Assembly (NCBI GenBank): GCA_002787535.1
Contig: PCXB01000050.1
Location: 77,836-141,835, forward strand
Source of the DNA: Deltaproteobacteria bacterium CG11_big_fil_rev_8_21_14_0_20_45_16
GTDB lineage: Bacteria > Bdellovibrionota > UBA2394
Direction: 5' to 3'
Length of the DNA: 64,000 nt
Positions 29,377 to 40,313 of the stretch are shown here, piece by piece; the first letter of the stretch is position 1, and the number at the start of each line of letters is the position of its first letter. A model generated the notes under the pieces. It ran no database searches. It saw nothing but the letters and a program-made list of their open reading frames with translations, and was not told the origin of the DNA. Position numbers and translations under genes: made by a program.

Positions 29377-29400
29377 CTTTATGGATGGAGCCGATCTGTG

Positions 29401-29425
29401 AGGTCCCGATGGGGCCTTTCTTTTT
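29401..29425 (+). terminator. Intrinsic terminator/attenuator before nusA (rimP-leader-like position)
   Basis: AGGTCCC-GAT-GGGGCCT hairpin (one G-U pair) followed by TTCTTTTT. Confidence 0.7.
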
Positions 29426-29458
29426 GGGTTAAAACAACATCATCCGCGCCAAGGAAAT

Positions 29459-31099
29459 ATGGAAATGTTCGAAAATTTAAAAAACGTTATAGAGCAAGTT
29501 GGTAAAGAAGAAGGCATTGATAAGGCCATTTTGATAGAGGCTTTAGAGGATGCCATGCTTACGGTCGCTAGAAAACACTTTGGGTTTCATCGGGATATTG
29601 AAGCCAAATGGAGTGATGAAACGGGAGAGATCCAACTCTATGAATTTAAGACGGTTGTAGATGATCTTTTTGATGATGAGATCGAAATATCGACTGAAGA
29701 AGCTCATAAGCTTGATCCTGATGCTCAACCTGGTGATTCAATTGGATTCAAAATGGATTCAATGGAACTTGGGAGAATTGCTGCTCAGACCGCCAAGCAA
29801 GTGATTATTCAAAAAGTTCGTGAAGCCAAAAAAGACATCGTCTTTAAGGAATATAACAATCGCAAAAATGAAGTTGTTACTGGGCTGGTTCGTAAGGTGG
29901 AGAGGGGCGATATCATCGTCGACTTGGGTCGAACTGAAGCAATTATTCCTCGTCGCGAGCAAATTCCTGGCGAAATTTACAAGGCTGGCGATCGAATTCA
30001 GGGTGTGATCCTAGAAGTTCACGATATTTCAAGAGGGCCGCAAGTTGTGATGTCTCGTGCAGATGAGATTTATCTTATCAAACTCTTCGAAATGGAAGTT
30101 CCCGAAATTTACGAGAACATTGTGACGATTCGTGCGGCAGCTCGCGAACCAGGCGTTCGCGCAAAAATTGCTGTGAGTTCGAAAGATGCTGATGTGGATC
30201 CAGTTGGAGCTTGTGTGGGTATGAAGGGTAGCCGCGTTCAGAGCGTAGTGAGCAACCTTCGCGGAGAAAAAATTGATATTGTTCCATGGGAAGAAGATCC
30301 CGTTAGATTTGTTTGTAACGCCATTGCCCCGGCTGAAGTTAGTCGAATTCGCTTGAATGAGGCTGCGCGAACCATGGAACTAATTGTGGGAGATGATCAA
30401 TTGTCTCTGGCAATAGGAAAGAAGGGTCAAAATGTTCGCTTAGCTTCTAAGCTGTCGGGCTGGCGCTTGGACATCACGTCGGAGAGTGATATTTTGCGAC
30501 GTACAGAGAGCGGAAAGATACCGCTTCGCATGATTCCTGGGGTGGGCGATGCGAATGCTGAAGTTTTGGCCGGTCAAGGTTTCGAGATCGCTGAAACGAT
30601 CATGAATGCAACAGACGAGCAGCTTTCCAGTGTTACAGGATTTAGCTTTGATCAAATGAAGAATATTCGAAACCGGGTTCTACTTTATACGGAGGAGCGT
30701 GCTCGTACACTATCGTCCCTGAAAAACCGATTCCGTCATGAAGTTGATTCTATGGAGTTCATTGATACTTTGACCGATAGACAGCTTGAGTTGTTGAAGA
30801 TACCGGGCGTGGGTCTCAAGCTGGTTCGTCATTTGAAGATTTCTGACATTGAAACAGTTGATGATTTACTGAAGTGCTCGAGTGATGATTTGGCCAGTAA
30901 GTTAGCTTTGAGTGATGATGAGGCCGCACTAATTTTGCAAACGGCCAAGCAGTTTATTGAAAAACGAGAAGCTCAGTCGGTAGAGGAAAAGTTAGAGAAT
31001 CTGAAAGCTCTTGAGCAGGGGATTCTTGATATGTCTCTCGACGAACAACCTGAAGATGAGTTGGAACCTGAAACTAAAAGTCTGGAAAGTGGTTCATAG
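29459..31099 (+). CDS. nusA: Transcription termination factor NusA with C-terminal HhH extension
   Basis: GRIAAQTAKQVI; S1 and KH domains; AREPG; DPVGACVGMKGSRV; AIGKKGQNVRLA; two IPGVG HhH repeats. Confidence 0.98.
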   Translation: MEMFENLKNVIEQVGKEEGIDKAILIEALEDAMLTVARKHFGFHRDIEAKWSDETGEIQLYEFKTVVDDLFDDEIEISTEEAHKLDPDAQPGDSIGFKMDSMELGRIAAQTAKQVIIQKVREAKKDIVFKEYNNRKNEVVTGLVRKVERGDIIVDLGRTEAIIPRREQIPGEIYKAGDRIQGVILEVHDISRGPQVVMSRADEIYLIKLFEMEVPEIYENIVTIRAAAREPGVRAKIAVSSKDADVDPVGACVGMKGSRVQSVVSNLRGEKIDIVPWEEDPVRFVCNAIAPAEVSRIRLNEAARTMELIVGDDQLSLAIGKKGQNVRLASKLSGWRLDITSESDILRRTESGKIPLRMIPGVGDANAEVLAGQGFEIAETIMNATDEQLSSVTGFSFDQMKNIRNRVLLYTEERARTLSSLKNRFRHEVDSMEFIDTLTDRQLELLKIPGVGLKLVRHLKISDIETVDDLLKCSSDDLASKLALSDDEAALILQTAKQFIEKREAQSVEEKLENLKALEQGILDMSLDEQPEDELEPETKSLESGS

Positions 31100-31102
31100 T
31101 AA

Positions 31103-33970
31103 ATGGCAAAAAGCTTTCGTCTCCATGAAGTAGCAAAAGCCCTAGGTGTTCCGCCTAAAAACTTAATGGCGGAGCTTGGTCAAAAAGGTTTTGAGTTCAA
31201 AACCCATATGGCCGCGATTGATGATGCCGTCCTTAAGGCTATTCGAGAAAAACACAGTGATCTGGATGCCCTTTTGAAAAAATTCAGTTCTGAGGCGGAG
31301 GCTGCCCCAAAAAAGCAAAAGTCCTCTAAACCAAAGAGTTCAAAGGTGATTTCACGACGTAGCGTTGTCAAAAAAAAGACTTCGAAAATAGAGGAAGAAG
31401 CTGAGGCTAAAGCTATTCAGGCCGCGCCCAGTATTCAAATTGTTCAAGATCAGAGTGGCGAGACGGTTGAGCAAAAGGTTATTAAGGGAGGGCTTTTAAG
31501 GCGACGACGCGTAGAGCCAGTGCCAGAACCTGTGACTCCGGAGCTCAAGCCAGTCGTAGAAGAAGCGCCCGCTGAAAATGATTTGGTTGTATCCACGGTA
31601 GAACTGACAAGTGATGAGGCGACCATCGAAAGCCATCCTGAAGAAACTCAAGCTGATGAAATTGCGGATCAGGTTGAAACCGTTTCTGAGGTGGCAGAAG
31701 AAGCTGTTGAAGAAGTTCCTGAAGTAATTGTTGAAGAGCCGAGCCCGTCCGATCGGCCGACTATTGTAGAAGTTAAACCTTCTGATAGACCTGCGACGGG
31801 CGGTAGAGATTTGTCGGCGCCTCGTCGACTCAAAGTCGTAGGAACCTCTACGCCACCGAAACCGGCGGAGCCAAGACAGCGAAGTGATTTAGCCAAGACC
31901 AGGGGAGGGGCGACCACTGGAACGGCTGGGGCTGCCAAGTCTGCGACGGCAAAACCGGCAATCGCATCCCCACGAGTGGGAGCGCCTGAAGAAGAGGCTG
32001 GAGATGATGCTGCTAAACTGAAAGAAGCGGCAAAAAAGAAAGCTGCTGCCTCCCTCAAGAATTGGGAGCTCCCAAGAGTAACCAAAAAAGATTTGCTTGG
32101 GATGACCGAAGAAGTTGAGATTACTCGACCGCTGTCACGTCGAACTAAAAAGGTTACCGTTCGTAGTGACAAAAAGCCTAGAATTACAACCCCCAGCCAG
32201 CAAAAACGACGAATCAAAATTACGGGCTCGATTACCGTTGCCGATCTTGCCGATCGAATGGGTTTAAAGGCTGTTGAGTTGGTTCGGAAGTTAATAGCGC
32301 AAGGGCAGATGGTAAGCGCTTCTCAGTTGATCGACTTTGATACGGCGACCTTGATAGCTTCAGACTATGGATACGAAATAGTTAACGTCGAAGAAACGGC
32401 TGAAAGTCTCATCAGCTTAAACGCGGAGCCAGAAGAAGAGCTGGACGATACGGCCCGGCAGCCGCGGCCCGCAGTTGTAACCATCATGGGGCATGTCGAT
32501 CATGGTAAGACTTCTTTGCTGGATTATATTCGTAAGACTCGAGTCGCCGCAAAAGAGGCAGGAGGAATTACGCAACATATTGGAGCCTATCAGGTAGCTC
32601 AGGCTGGAAAGTTTATTACGTTTTTAGATACGCCCGGTCATGAAGCTTTTACAAAGATGCGCGCTCGAGGCGCCTCAGTAACGGATATTGTGATTTTGGT
32701 GGTTGCTGCCGATGAAGGGGTTAAACCCCAAACCTTAGAAGCTTTAGCTCATGCTAAGGCGGCAAAAGTTCCTGTCATTGTCGCCGTGAACAAGATGGAT
32801 AAGCCTGAAGCCAATCCAGATCGAGTCATGCAAGAACTTTCGGGTCATGAATTAGTACCTGAGGCCTGGGGTGGTGATACGATTTTTGCAAAAGTCTCCG
32901 CTCAAACGGGTGAAGGAATCGACCAATTGCTTGAGATGATTTTATTGCAAGCCGAAGTTCTGGATCTTAAGGCTAATCCGGATCGGCCAGGGCGAGGTAT
33001 TATTGTTGAAAGTCGTCTCGATAAAGGCCGAGGGCCTGTGGCGACGGCGGTTATAACAAATGGAACCTTGCGGGCAGGCGATCCCATTGTTTGTGGCTCG
33101 GCTTTTGGAAAAGTAAGGGCTTTGTTTGATGATATGGGAGTCCAGATTAAAGAGGCAGGTCCTTCCAAACCCATTGAAATTTTAGGATTTGATATTGTTC
33201 CTGAGGTCGGAATCAACCTAACGGCTGTAACAGATGAGACAGTAGCGCGAAGAGCTTCAGAATTATCCTCGCTCGCTCGAAAAGAAGAAGAAAGTCGAAA
33301 ATCACAGCGATTGAGTCTTGAGGATATGTTTAGCCGGATGAAAGCTGGCGAAGTTAATGAATTGCGTATTGTCCTTAAGGCCGATGTACAAGGTTCGATG
33401 GAGGCGCTTGCGGATTCCTTGGAAAAAATTAAGCACGACGAAGTAAAAGTGAATGTCATTTATAAGGCAGTCGGTGGAATTTCTGAAAGTGATGTGAGTT
33501 TAGCAGCTGCTAGTGGAGCGCTCATATTTGGCTTTAACGTCCGACCTTCCTCAGAAGCGAAAGAATTGGCTTCACGCGAAAATGTTCAAATCAAGTCCTA
33601 TGGAGTGATTTATGAACTCTTGGATGACGTTAAGGCGGCGATGGAAGGGCTCTTGGCCCCTGAGATTAAAGAGACCTTGCTGGGTCAGGCAGAAGTCCGG
33701 GAGGTCTTTAGTCTTTCGAAGGCCGGTCAAATTGCTGGATGTTTCGTGAAGAGCGGTAAAATTCAGAGAAACAAACTTGCACGCTTGATTCGGAATTCTG
33801 TTGTGATCTACGAGGACAAGGTTTCCGGCTTAAAGCGATTTAAGGAAGATACTCGAGAAGTTGCTGAAGGCTTTGAATGTGGAATCAAACTTGAAAATTA
33901 TAATGATATTAAAGTCGACGATGTTATTGAATGCTTCGATCGAGTCGAGTTGGCAAGGGCTGTAGGTTAA
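31103..33970 (+). CDS. infB: Translation initiation factor IF-2
   Basis: [39 protein letters not shown] and ECGI. Confidence 0.99.
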   Translation: MAKSFRLHEVAKALGVPPKNLMAELGQKGFEFKTHMAAIDDAVLKAIREKHSDLDALLKKFSSEAEAAPKKQKSSKPKSSKVISRRSVVKKKTSKIEEEAEAKAIQAAPSIQIVQDQSGETVEQKVIKGGLLRRRRVEPVPEPVTPELKPVVEEAPAENDLVVSTVELTSDEATIESHPEETQADEIADQVETVSEVAEEAVEEVPEVIVEEPSPSDRPTIVEVKPSDRPATGGRDLSAPRRLKVVGTSTPPKPAEPRQRSDLAKTRGGATTGTAGAAKSATAKPAIASPRVGAPEEEAGDDAAKLKEAAKKKAAASLKNWELPRVTKKDLLGMTEEVEITRPLSRRTKKVTVRSDKKPRITTPSQQKRRIKITGSITVADLADRMGLKAVELVRKLIAQGQMVSASQLIDFDTATLIASDYGYEIVNVEETAESLISLNAEPEEELDDTARQPRPAVVTIMGHVDHGKTSLLDYIRKTRVAAKEAGGITQHIGAYQVAQAGKFITFLDTPGHEAFTKMRARGASVTDIVILVVAADEGVKPQTLEALAHAKAAKVPVIVAVNKMDKPEANPDRVMQELSGHELVPEAWGGDTIFAKVSAQTGEGIDQLLEMILLQAEVLDLKANPDRPGRGIIVESRLDKGRGPVATAVITNGTLRAGDPIVCGSAFGKVRALFDDMGVQIKEAGPSKPIEILGFDIVPEVGINLTAVTDETVARRASELSSLARKEEESRKSQRLSLEDMFSRMKAGEVNELRIVLKADVQGSMEALADSLEKIKHDEVKVNVIYKAVGGISESDVSLAAASGALIFGFNVRPSSEAKELASRENVQIKSYGVIYELLDDVKAAMEGLLAPEIKETLLGQAEVREVFSLSKAGQIAGCFVKSGKIQRNKLARLIRNSVVIYEDKVSGLKRFKEDTREVAEGFECGIKLENYNDIKVDDVIECFDRVELARAVG

Positions 33971-33982
33971 GAGTAGAAGATT

Positions 33983-34390
33983 ATGAGTATTTGGGAAAAG
34001 AAACATCGATTTAAAAGGTCAGATCGGATCGAGTCCTTGATTCGAGAAGAGCTGGCCCAGCTGATCCCGAAGAGCATTAGAGATCCGCGAGTTTCCAATC
34101 TGACGATTATTGGGGTCGAAATGCGTCCCGATGCTAAATCCGCCGTCGTCCGCGTAAGCAAGATGATGTCGGGAGAATTTAGAGAGCCAGATGCTACTGA
34201 AGAGCGTGAGCTCATAGAGGGGCTCTCTTCCGCATCTGGATTTCTTTTTGAACAATTACGACGACGAATTAGCATCCGACATATTCCGAGGCTTGAATTT
34301 GAGTATGATGATTCTATCGCAAAGAGTGCTAAGGTTTGGTCATTGCTTAATAAGATAGCGGTCGACAAATTATCGGAGAAGAGTGCATGA
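33983..34390 (+). CDS. rbfA: Ribosome-binding factor A
   Basis: RSDRIESLIREEL, IRDPRV and RHIPRLEFEYDDS; follows infB. Confidence 0.93.
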   Translation: MSIWEKKHRFKRSDRIESLIREELAQLIPKSIRDPRVSNLTIIGVEMRPDAKSAVVRVSKMMSGEFREPDATEERELIEGLSSASGFLFEQLRRRISIRHIPRLEFEYDDSIAKSAKVWSLLNKIAVDKLSEKSA

Positions 34391-35160
34391 GTTTACTTCG
34401 CTATGCTGAGCATTTGGAGCTGCCGGAACGTCATGGAATTCGTGAGTCGTTTTGGGAATCTGGAATTTTATTGATCGATAAGCCTGCGGGAATTTCATCC
34501 ATGGATGTCATTCGCGTGATTAAGAGGTTGATTCGCGCGCGAAAAATTGGCCATGGCGGAACCCTGGACCCTTTTGCTACAGGTTTGTTGCCTATCCTCA
34601 TCAACTCGGCCACAAGGTTCTCCAACGATATTATGCTTGGTACAAAGGAGTATGAGGGCGTATTCGTTTTGGGGGAGGCCTTTGATACACAGGATATTAC
34701 GGGGCGCCCCGTGCAAGACAAGAAGCACGTTCCTGCCGATTTTGATCTTGAGAGTTTGAGAGTCCTGGCAGCAAAATTCGTCGGACCAATTCAGCAAGTT
34801 CCTCCTATTTACTCCGCGATCAAGAAAGACGGGCGAAAACTATACGAATACGCGCGGAGCGATGAAGCCGTTGAGATTGAGTCACGTGCGGTAGTTGTTG
34901 AGGATTTTAAAATTTTGGACTGGGATGGTGTGGACCGGGTCCGCTTCACGGTAAGAGTTCAAAAGGGAGTTTATGTTCGAAGCTTGATTCATGATCTGGG
35001 GGCCTTAGCTGGTTATGGAGCTGTTTTGGCAGAGCTGCGTCGAACTCGAGTTGGCACTCTCTTTATTGAAGAGGCTGTTCAACTATCGACTTTAAAGTTT
35101 GTTTCCGATATTAAAGAAAACCTGAAACCAATAACGAATATTCAAAGGAGTGAGAAATGA
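34387..35160 (+). CDS. truB: tRNA pseudouridine(55) synthase TruB
   Basis: [40 protein letters not shown] and LRRTRVG. Confidence 0.96.
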   Translation: MSLLRYAEHLELPERHGIRESFWESGILLIDKPAGISSMDVIRVIKRLIRARKIGHGGTLDPFATGLLPILINSATRFSNDIMLGTKEYEGVFVLGEAFDTQDITGRPVQDKKHVPADFDLESLRVLAAKFVGPIQQVPPIYSAIKKDGRKLYEYARSDEAVEIESRAVVVEDFKILDWDGVDRVRFTVRVQKGVYVRSLIHDLGALAGYGAVLAELRRTRVGTLFIEEAVQLSTLKFVSDIKENLKPITNIQRSEK

Positions 35161-35423
35161 TCTCACAAGAAATTAAAACGAAAATCATCTCAGGATTCCG
35201 AACTCATGAAAGTGACACGGGTTCGGCGGCCGTTCAAATTGCGGTTTTGAGCGCTCGAATTCAGGAGCTTACCGAGCATCTTAAAGCTCACAGCAAAGAC
35301 TTTTCAACACGTCGGGGCTTGTTGCGACTTGTAGGGCGACGTCGACGATTGTTGAATTATCTAAAGAATAATGATCTTAAGCAGTACTCTGATTTGATCG
35401 CTCGCTTAGGCCTACGAAAATAA
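35157..35423 (+). CDS. rpsO: 30S ribosomal protein S15
   Basis: [26 protein letters not shown] and LGLRK. Confidence 0.98.
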   Translation: MISQEIKTKIISGFRTHESDTGSAAVQIAVLSARIQELTEHLKAHSKDFSTRRGLLRLVGRRRRLLNYLKNNDLKQYSDLIARLGLRK

Positions 35424-35499
35424 ATAATCACCCTGGGTGTTTATAAAAGAAAATGAGAAAGGTGATTCACTTTTTTGAAGGGAATCATGTGTAAAGAAA

Positions 35500-37620
35500 A
35501 TGGAAATTTTTAAAACAAATGTATTTGGTAAAGAAATCTCAATTGAAACAGGACGCATGGCTAAACAGGCTGCCGGGGCGACAGTCGTGCGCTGCGGGGA
35601 CACGATGGTTTTGGCGACAGTTTGTATGTCGCCAGAGATGCGAGATGGTCAGGATTTTTTTCCTTTAAGCGTGGAATTTCAGGAAAAAACTTATTCAGCA
35701 GGAAAAATCCCAGGAGGGTATTTTAAAAGAGAAGGGAAATTAAGTGAGCACGAGGTTTTAACTTCTCGTCTAATAGATCGGCCTATCCGGCCCTTATTTC
35801 CAGAAGGTTTCATGAATGAAACCCAAATCATCGTAACGGTTATTTCGGCTGACAAAGTAAATGAGCCAGATGTTCTTGGGCTTATTGGGGCTTCTGCGGC
35901 ACTGAGTATTTCGGGCCTGCCTTTTGACGGACCTGTGGCAGCGGTTAGAGTGGGTCGAATCGGTGGAAAGTTTGTTCTAAATGCATCTCGATCTGAGATG
36001 GAAGATTCGGATCTTAATATTTTGGTGGCTGGAACAGCCTCGGCCATTGTGATGGTTGAGGGTGGCGCACATGAATTACCTGAATCGATTATGGTTGAAG
36101 CCTTATTTTTTGCGCACAAAGAAATTCAGCCGTTAATTGAGCTTCAGAAACAAATGAAAGCAAAGCTGAGCAAGCCTGCGATTGAGTGGACGGCGCCTGC
36201 TAAAAACGAAGAGCTCGAAAAATTTGTGCGAGCCGAATATTACAATAAACTATCTGAAGCCCTTCAAATTAAAATCAAGCTGGATCGCTATTCGGCAAAA
36301 AATAAATTGAAATCTGAAGCCAAAGAGGCGGCGGTTGCGAAGTTTGCAGGAGAAAAAGTTAAGGAAGATTCTATTAAGAAAATTGTCACAAATCTTTTCG
36401 ATACAATGGGATCCGATATTATGCGAAAGCAGATTCTTGACACTAAAAAGCGAATTGACGGTCGGGATCTTCAGACGGTTCGTGCCATTAGCATCGAAAC
36501 GGGAGTTCTGCCACGAGCGCATGGAAGCACTCTCTTTACAAGAGGTGAAACCCAGGCTTTGGTTTCTTGCACACTTGGGGCAGCGGATGATTCTCAGCGA
36601 ATAGATGCGTTATGGGGTGATTACGAAAAGCATTTTCTACTACACTATAACTTCCCTCCTTTTTCGGTGGGTGAAGTAAAGCCCATGCGCGGGCCTTCTC
36701 GTCGCGATATTGGCCATGGGAATCTCGCCGAGAGGTCCTTGAAAGAGTTGGTTCCTTCCAAGAAAGACTTCCCTTATACGATTCGAATTGTTTCCGACAT
36801 TTTGGAGAGTAATGGAAGCAGTTCTATGGCGACGGTATGTGGCGGATGCTTAGCCTTGATGGACGCTGGAGTTCCAGGAATGAGACCCGTTGCTGGAATT
36901 GCCATGGGACTTATCGCTGAAGGTGACAAAGCTGAAGTTCTCACTGATATCCTTGGGGATGAAGATCATATCGGAGATATGGATTTTAAAGTTACGGGCA
37001 CCGACAAGGGCGTCACTGGTTTTCAGATGGATACAAAAATTTCGGGCATCAGTATGGAATTGATGAGCACCGCTTTAAATAGGGCTAAAGATGCTCGTCT
37101 TTTTATCTTAGAAAAGATGAACGCAGTCTTAGGTAAGTCTCGAAGCGAAATGTCAGAGTTTGCGCCTAAGATGAAGAGCATTCAAGTTCGTCAAAGCAAG
37201 ATTAAAGATGTGATTGGACCTGGCGGTAAAAATATCAAAGGTGTGATTGAAGCAACGGGTGCAAAGATTGATATTAGCGACGATGGTACTGTTAATATTT
37301 TCTCGACCGATCCTAAGATGGCGGAGAAAGCCATTGATTTGATCGAGGCTCTAACTGGAGAAATCGAAATTGGTCGTATTTATAATGGTGTGGTTCGCAA
37401 AATTGTTGATTTCGGAGCCTTTGTAAATATTGCCCCTGGGACGGATGGCCTTGTTCACATTTCCGAACTTGATTTCGATCGAGTAACGAGAGTGGAAGAT
37501 ATTGTTAAGGAAGGCGATCAGATTCCTGTAAAGGTTTTAGAAATTGACCGACAGGGTCGAATTCGGCTGAGCCGGAAAGCTGCATTAGAAGAAGATTCTG
37601 CGGAATCCGAAGCAAAATAG
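35500..37620 (+). CDS. pnp: Polyribonucleotide nucleotidyltransferase
   Basis: ETGRMAKQA, RLIDRPIRPLF, FTRGETQ, LESNGSSSMA, DHIGDMDFKV; KH and S1 domains. Confidence 0.99.
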   Translation: MEIFKTNVFGKEISIETGRMAKQAAGATVVRCGDTMVLATVCMSPEMRDGQDFFPLSVEFQEKTYSAGKIPGGYFKREGKLSEHEVLTSRLIDRPIRPLFPEGFMNETQIIVTVISADKVNEPDVLGLIGASAALSISGLPFDGPVAAVRVGRIGGKFVLNASRSEMEDSDLNILVAGTASAIVMVEGGAHELPESIMVEALFFAHKEIQPLIELQKQMKAKLSKPAIEWTAPAKNEELEKFVRAEYYNKLSEALQIKIKLDRYSAKNKLKSEAKEAAVAKFAGEKVKEDSIKKIVTNLFDTMGSDIMRKQILDTKKRIDGRDLQTVRAISIETGVLPRAHGSTLFTRGETQALVSCTLGAADDSQRIDALWGDYEKHFLLHYNFPPFSVGEVKPMRGPSRRDIGHGNLAERSLKELVPSKKDFPYTIRIVSDILESNGSSSMATVCGGCLALMDAGVPGMRPVAGIAMGLIAEGDKAEVLTDILGDEDHIGDMDFKVTGTDKGVTGFQMDTKISGISMELMSTALNRAKDARLFILEKMNAVLGKSRSEMSEFAPKMKSIQVRQSKIKDVIGPGGKNIKGVIEATGAKIDISDDGTVNIFSTDPKMAEKAIDLIEALTGEIEIGRIYNGVVRKIVDFGAFVNIAPGTDGLVHISELDFDRVTRVEDIVKEGDQIPVKVLEIDRQGRIRLSRKAALEEDSAESEAK

Positions 37621-37671
37621 TTCATTCGTAGGCTTGGATTGGTTTGGTTTTTGTAAGATGAGGTTTTAACT

Positions 37672-38616
37672 ATGAGTGCATCCGTTGGCTTAGATGCAAA
37701 GACTCTTCTCGAGGAATTTAAGGATTATTTGCAGATTCAACGTGCCGTGGCCTCTAATACCTTGTCGAGTTATCAGGCTGATCTTCGTCAGTTTTTTGAA
37801 TTTTTGAATCCTGAAAAGGGTGTAATTGATTTTTCAAAAGTTAATGAAGCGAGGGTTCGAGCTTTTTTAGATCATCTGGCGGATCAGCAAATATCTCTTC
37901 GAAGCATACAGCGAAAAATTACGGCGCTTAGAATTTTGTATAAATTTCTGATTTTTAAATCCTATGTAGAGGCGTCTCCCATGGAAAAGATTAAGACGCC
38001 ACGCCTCAAAGTAAGTTTGCCTGAGGTTTTTTCGGTTGAGGAAGTGGGACGACTATTAAGTGCGCCTGAAAAGCAAACGGATTTGGGATTGAGAGATGGG
38101 GCCATGTTTGAAATCATGTATTCTTGTGGCCTTCGAGTTACGGAGTTGTTGGATTTGGAGCTTGGGTCGATCAAGTGGGATGACGGATCTTTAGTTGTAA
38201 GGGGTAAACGAGACAAAGAGCGATGGGTTCCAATGGGGAAGGAGGCGCTTCAAGCGCTCAGGGCCTATCTCGAGAAGTCGAGGGCCAAGCTTATGAAGGG
38301 TCGTTATCATGATTTTGTATTTGTAAATAATCGTGGCCTTCGACTAACCCGGCAGGGTTTTTGGAAGATACTAAAGGCTTATGCTCAGAGGCTGAGCTTT
38401 AAAAAGGATATTCATCCGCATATTCTGAGACATTCGTTTGCCTCCCATATGCTTGAAGGTGGTGCCGATCTTCGGAGCATTCAAGAACTCCTTGGACACT
38501 CCGATATCGCTACAACCCAAATTTATACTCAAGTCAACGCAAAGAAACTTCTCAATGATTACGAGAAATATCATCCTCGCATGAAAGCTCCTTCTGAAGT
38601 AACATCTTCAACATAG
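37672..38616 (+). CDS. xerD: Site-specific tyrosine recombinase XerD
   Basis: GLRVTEL, GKRDKER, LTRQGFWKILK (XerD-type), HPHILRHSFASH and LLGHSDIATTQIYT; upstream of scpAB. Confidence 0.92.
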   Translation: MSASVGLDAKTLLEEFKDYLQIQRAVASNTLSSYQADLRQFFEFLNPEKGVIDFSKVNEARVRAFLDHLADQQISLRSIQRKITALRILYKFLIFKSYVEASPMEKIKTPRLKVSLPEVFSVEEVGRLLSAPEKQTDLGLRDGAMFEIMYSCGLRVTELLDLELGSIKWDDGSLVVRGKRDKERWVPMGKEALQALRAYLEKSRAKLMKGRYHDFVFVNNRGLRLTRQGFWKILKAYAQRLSFKKDIHPHILRHSFASHMLEGGADLRSIQELLGHSDIATTQIYTQVNAKKLLNDYEKYHPRMKAPSEVTSST

Positions 38617-38619
38617 GGT

Positions 38620-39531
38620 GTGGGGATGTCGACTAATCAGGAGACGCAAAACTTAAAAGAGGCGAGGGGCGATAAGGGGCTCATCCGAGCAGCTGAAGCC
38701 GAATCACTAGTTGTCACCGAAAAATTTACAGTGGTTTTACCTCAATGGACCGGGCCATACGATCTTTTGCTCCAAGTTATTCAGGAGCAGAATCTCAATC
38801 TATTTGATCTCAATATTTCAGTTTTGCTTGATCATTATCTTCAGTACCTCGAGCAGTTGGAGGCGATTGATATTGATGAGGCTGGGGAATTCGTCGTGGT
38901 TGCGGCCACCTTGGCCCAGATTAAATCCAAGATGTTGCTCCCCGTTGACCCTAATGAGAAGACAGAGGAAGAAGAGGAAGATCCGAGAGCGGAACTTGTT
39001 CGTTATCTCATCGAGTACCAGAAGATTAAGCAGGCCGCGGATCAACTGAGAGACCGACCACTTCTGGGACGGGATGTTTTTGTAAAGGGTGCTCGAGAAG
39101 TATTCGAAGGCTTAGAATCTGAGGGTCATGGCAAACTATTTCAGTTGGTCAAGGGTTTTCAAAAAGCCCTGGCTCGAGCCGATATCCAGCTCCCCTTTGA
39201 AGTTGAGATGGAAGACGTTTCCGTAAGCGATCGCTTTCAAGAAGTTTTCAGTCGGGTTCAAATTCAGAAAGAAGTTTGTTTTGATGATTTTTTACCAAGT
39301 GGTCGTTCCAAGAGTTATTTGATCGCCAGTTTTTTGGCGGTTTTGGAGCTTGTAAGGATGAAGAAGATTTCGATTCTTCAAAGAATAATTGATGGGCCAT
39401 TATTCTTAATTTATCGAGAAGGGGCAACCTCCGAAGACGTTGTTCATTCTGAATTTGATGAAGCCTTAGAACTTGAAGGAGGTTCTTCGGAAGTTGAAAC
39501 AGCCATAAGTGAGGTGATGCATGAGTCTTGA
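38620..39531 (+). CDS. scpA: Segregation and condensation protein ScpA
   Basis: GPYDLLL, EAGEFVVVAATLAQIKSKMLLP, EDPRAELV and FLAVLELV. Confidence 0.93.
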   Translation: MGMSTNQETQNLKEARGDKGLIRAAEAESLVVTEKFTVVLPQWTGPYDLLLQVIQEQNLNLFDLNISVLLDHYLQYLEQLEAIDIDEAGEFVVVAATLAQIKSKMLLPVDPNEKTEEEEEDPRAELVRYLIEYQKIKQAADQLRDRPLLGRDVFVKGAREVFEGLESEGHGKLFQLVKGFQKALARADIQLPFEVEMEDVSVSDRFQEVFSRVQIQKEVCFDDFLPSGRSKSYLIASFLAVLELVRMKKISILQRIIDGPLFLIYREGATSEDVVHSEFDEALELEGGSSEVETAISEVMHES

Positions 39532-40312
39532 AAAGAAAGCTCTTATTGAAGGTGTTTTGTTTGCTTCGACGCATCCAGTTTCGGCCAAGACTTTGGCAGA
39601 AGTGCTAGAGTTTGAGGTAGAAGATGTAAAAAACATCATTGGCGAAATGCAGGAAGACTATGCGCAAGACTGGCGAGGAATCTGGCTAACCGTCGTGGCC
39701 GGAGGCTATCAGCTTCGAACAAAACCAGAATTAAAAGAGACGATGGCTAAATTCTATGAAAGAAAGCCCCCTCGTTTGAGCCAAGCTATGCTGGAGACCA
39801 TGGCAATCATCGCCTACAAGCAGCCTGTAACACGTCCGGAGATTGATCGGATACGAGGCGTTGATTCATCGGGCGTATTAAAAAGTCTCTTGGATCGCGA
39901 GCTTGTGGAAATGCGTGGACGAAGTGAGTCGGTGGGTAATCCTGTCTTGTATGCGACGACACCGAAGTTTCTTGAATGGTTTCAGATCAATTCCTTAGGC
40001 GATTTACCTCCGCTAACAGAGATAGAAGCTTTAAATGTTATGGCGGAGGAAGGCTCAGAGAATCTTTTGCAACTTCTAAACAAAGATGAGGGCTTGAGTG
40101 TTGAGGACCTTCGCGATTTGGATGATACCTTATTGGATGTCGCCCGAACGCACCGACGAATTCAGTTGGATGAGAAGGAAGATGCCGATGAAGCTGTTTC
40201 GGCCGTAGGGGAAGAGACAAGCGAATTGCAAACATCCATGCCGGTTGAATTGTTAATGGAAAATCTTCGGGTTTCGCCAGAAGACCCATCTTTCCAGTCT
40301 AAAAGTATTTAG
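39521..40312 (+). CDS. scpB: Segregation and condensation protein ScpB
   Basis: IEGVLFAS, VAGGYQLRT, IIAYKQPVTR, IRGVDS and LYATTPKFL. Confidence 0.95.
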   Translation: MSLEKKALIEGVLFASTHPVSAKTLAEVLEFEVEDVKNIIGEMQEDYAQDWRGIWLTVVAGGYQLRTKPELKETMAKFYERKPPRLSQAMLETMAIIAYKQPVTRPEIDRIRGVDSSGVLKSLLDRELVEMRGRSESVGNPVLYATTPKFLEWFQINSLGDLPPLTEIEALNVMAEEGSENLLQLLNKDEGLSVEDLRDLDDTLLDVARTHRRIQLDEKEDADEAVSAVGEETSELQTSMPVELLMENLRVSPEDPSFQSKSI

Positions 40313-40313
40313 T

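Noticed and set aside
29267-29458. tRNA or c-di-GMP riboswitch upstream of nusA
   Set aside because: No cloverleaf or GTTCRA T-loop and no GEMM-type signature; kept only as a structured leader.
31669-34368. Long antisense ORFs (31669-32217, 32902-33459, 33967-34368)
   Set aside because: Shadow frames of infB and rbfA with Ser/Ala-rich antisense composition and no motifs. The same applies to the other short nested ORFs, such as 1342-1809, 5059-5502 and 15755-16213.
37672-38616. Tyrosine recombinase as a prophage or island integrase
   Set aside because: It has the XerD-type LTRQGFWK motif and core context (pnp, scpAB); no att repeats, tRNA or phage genes.
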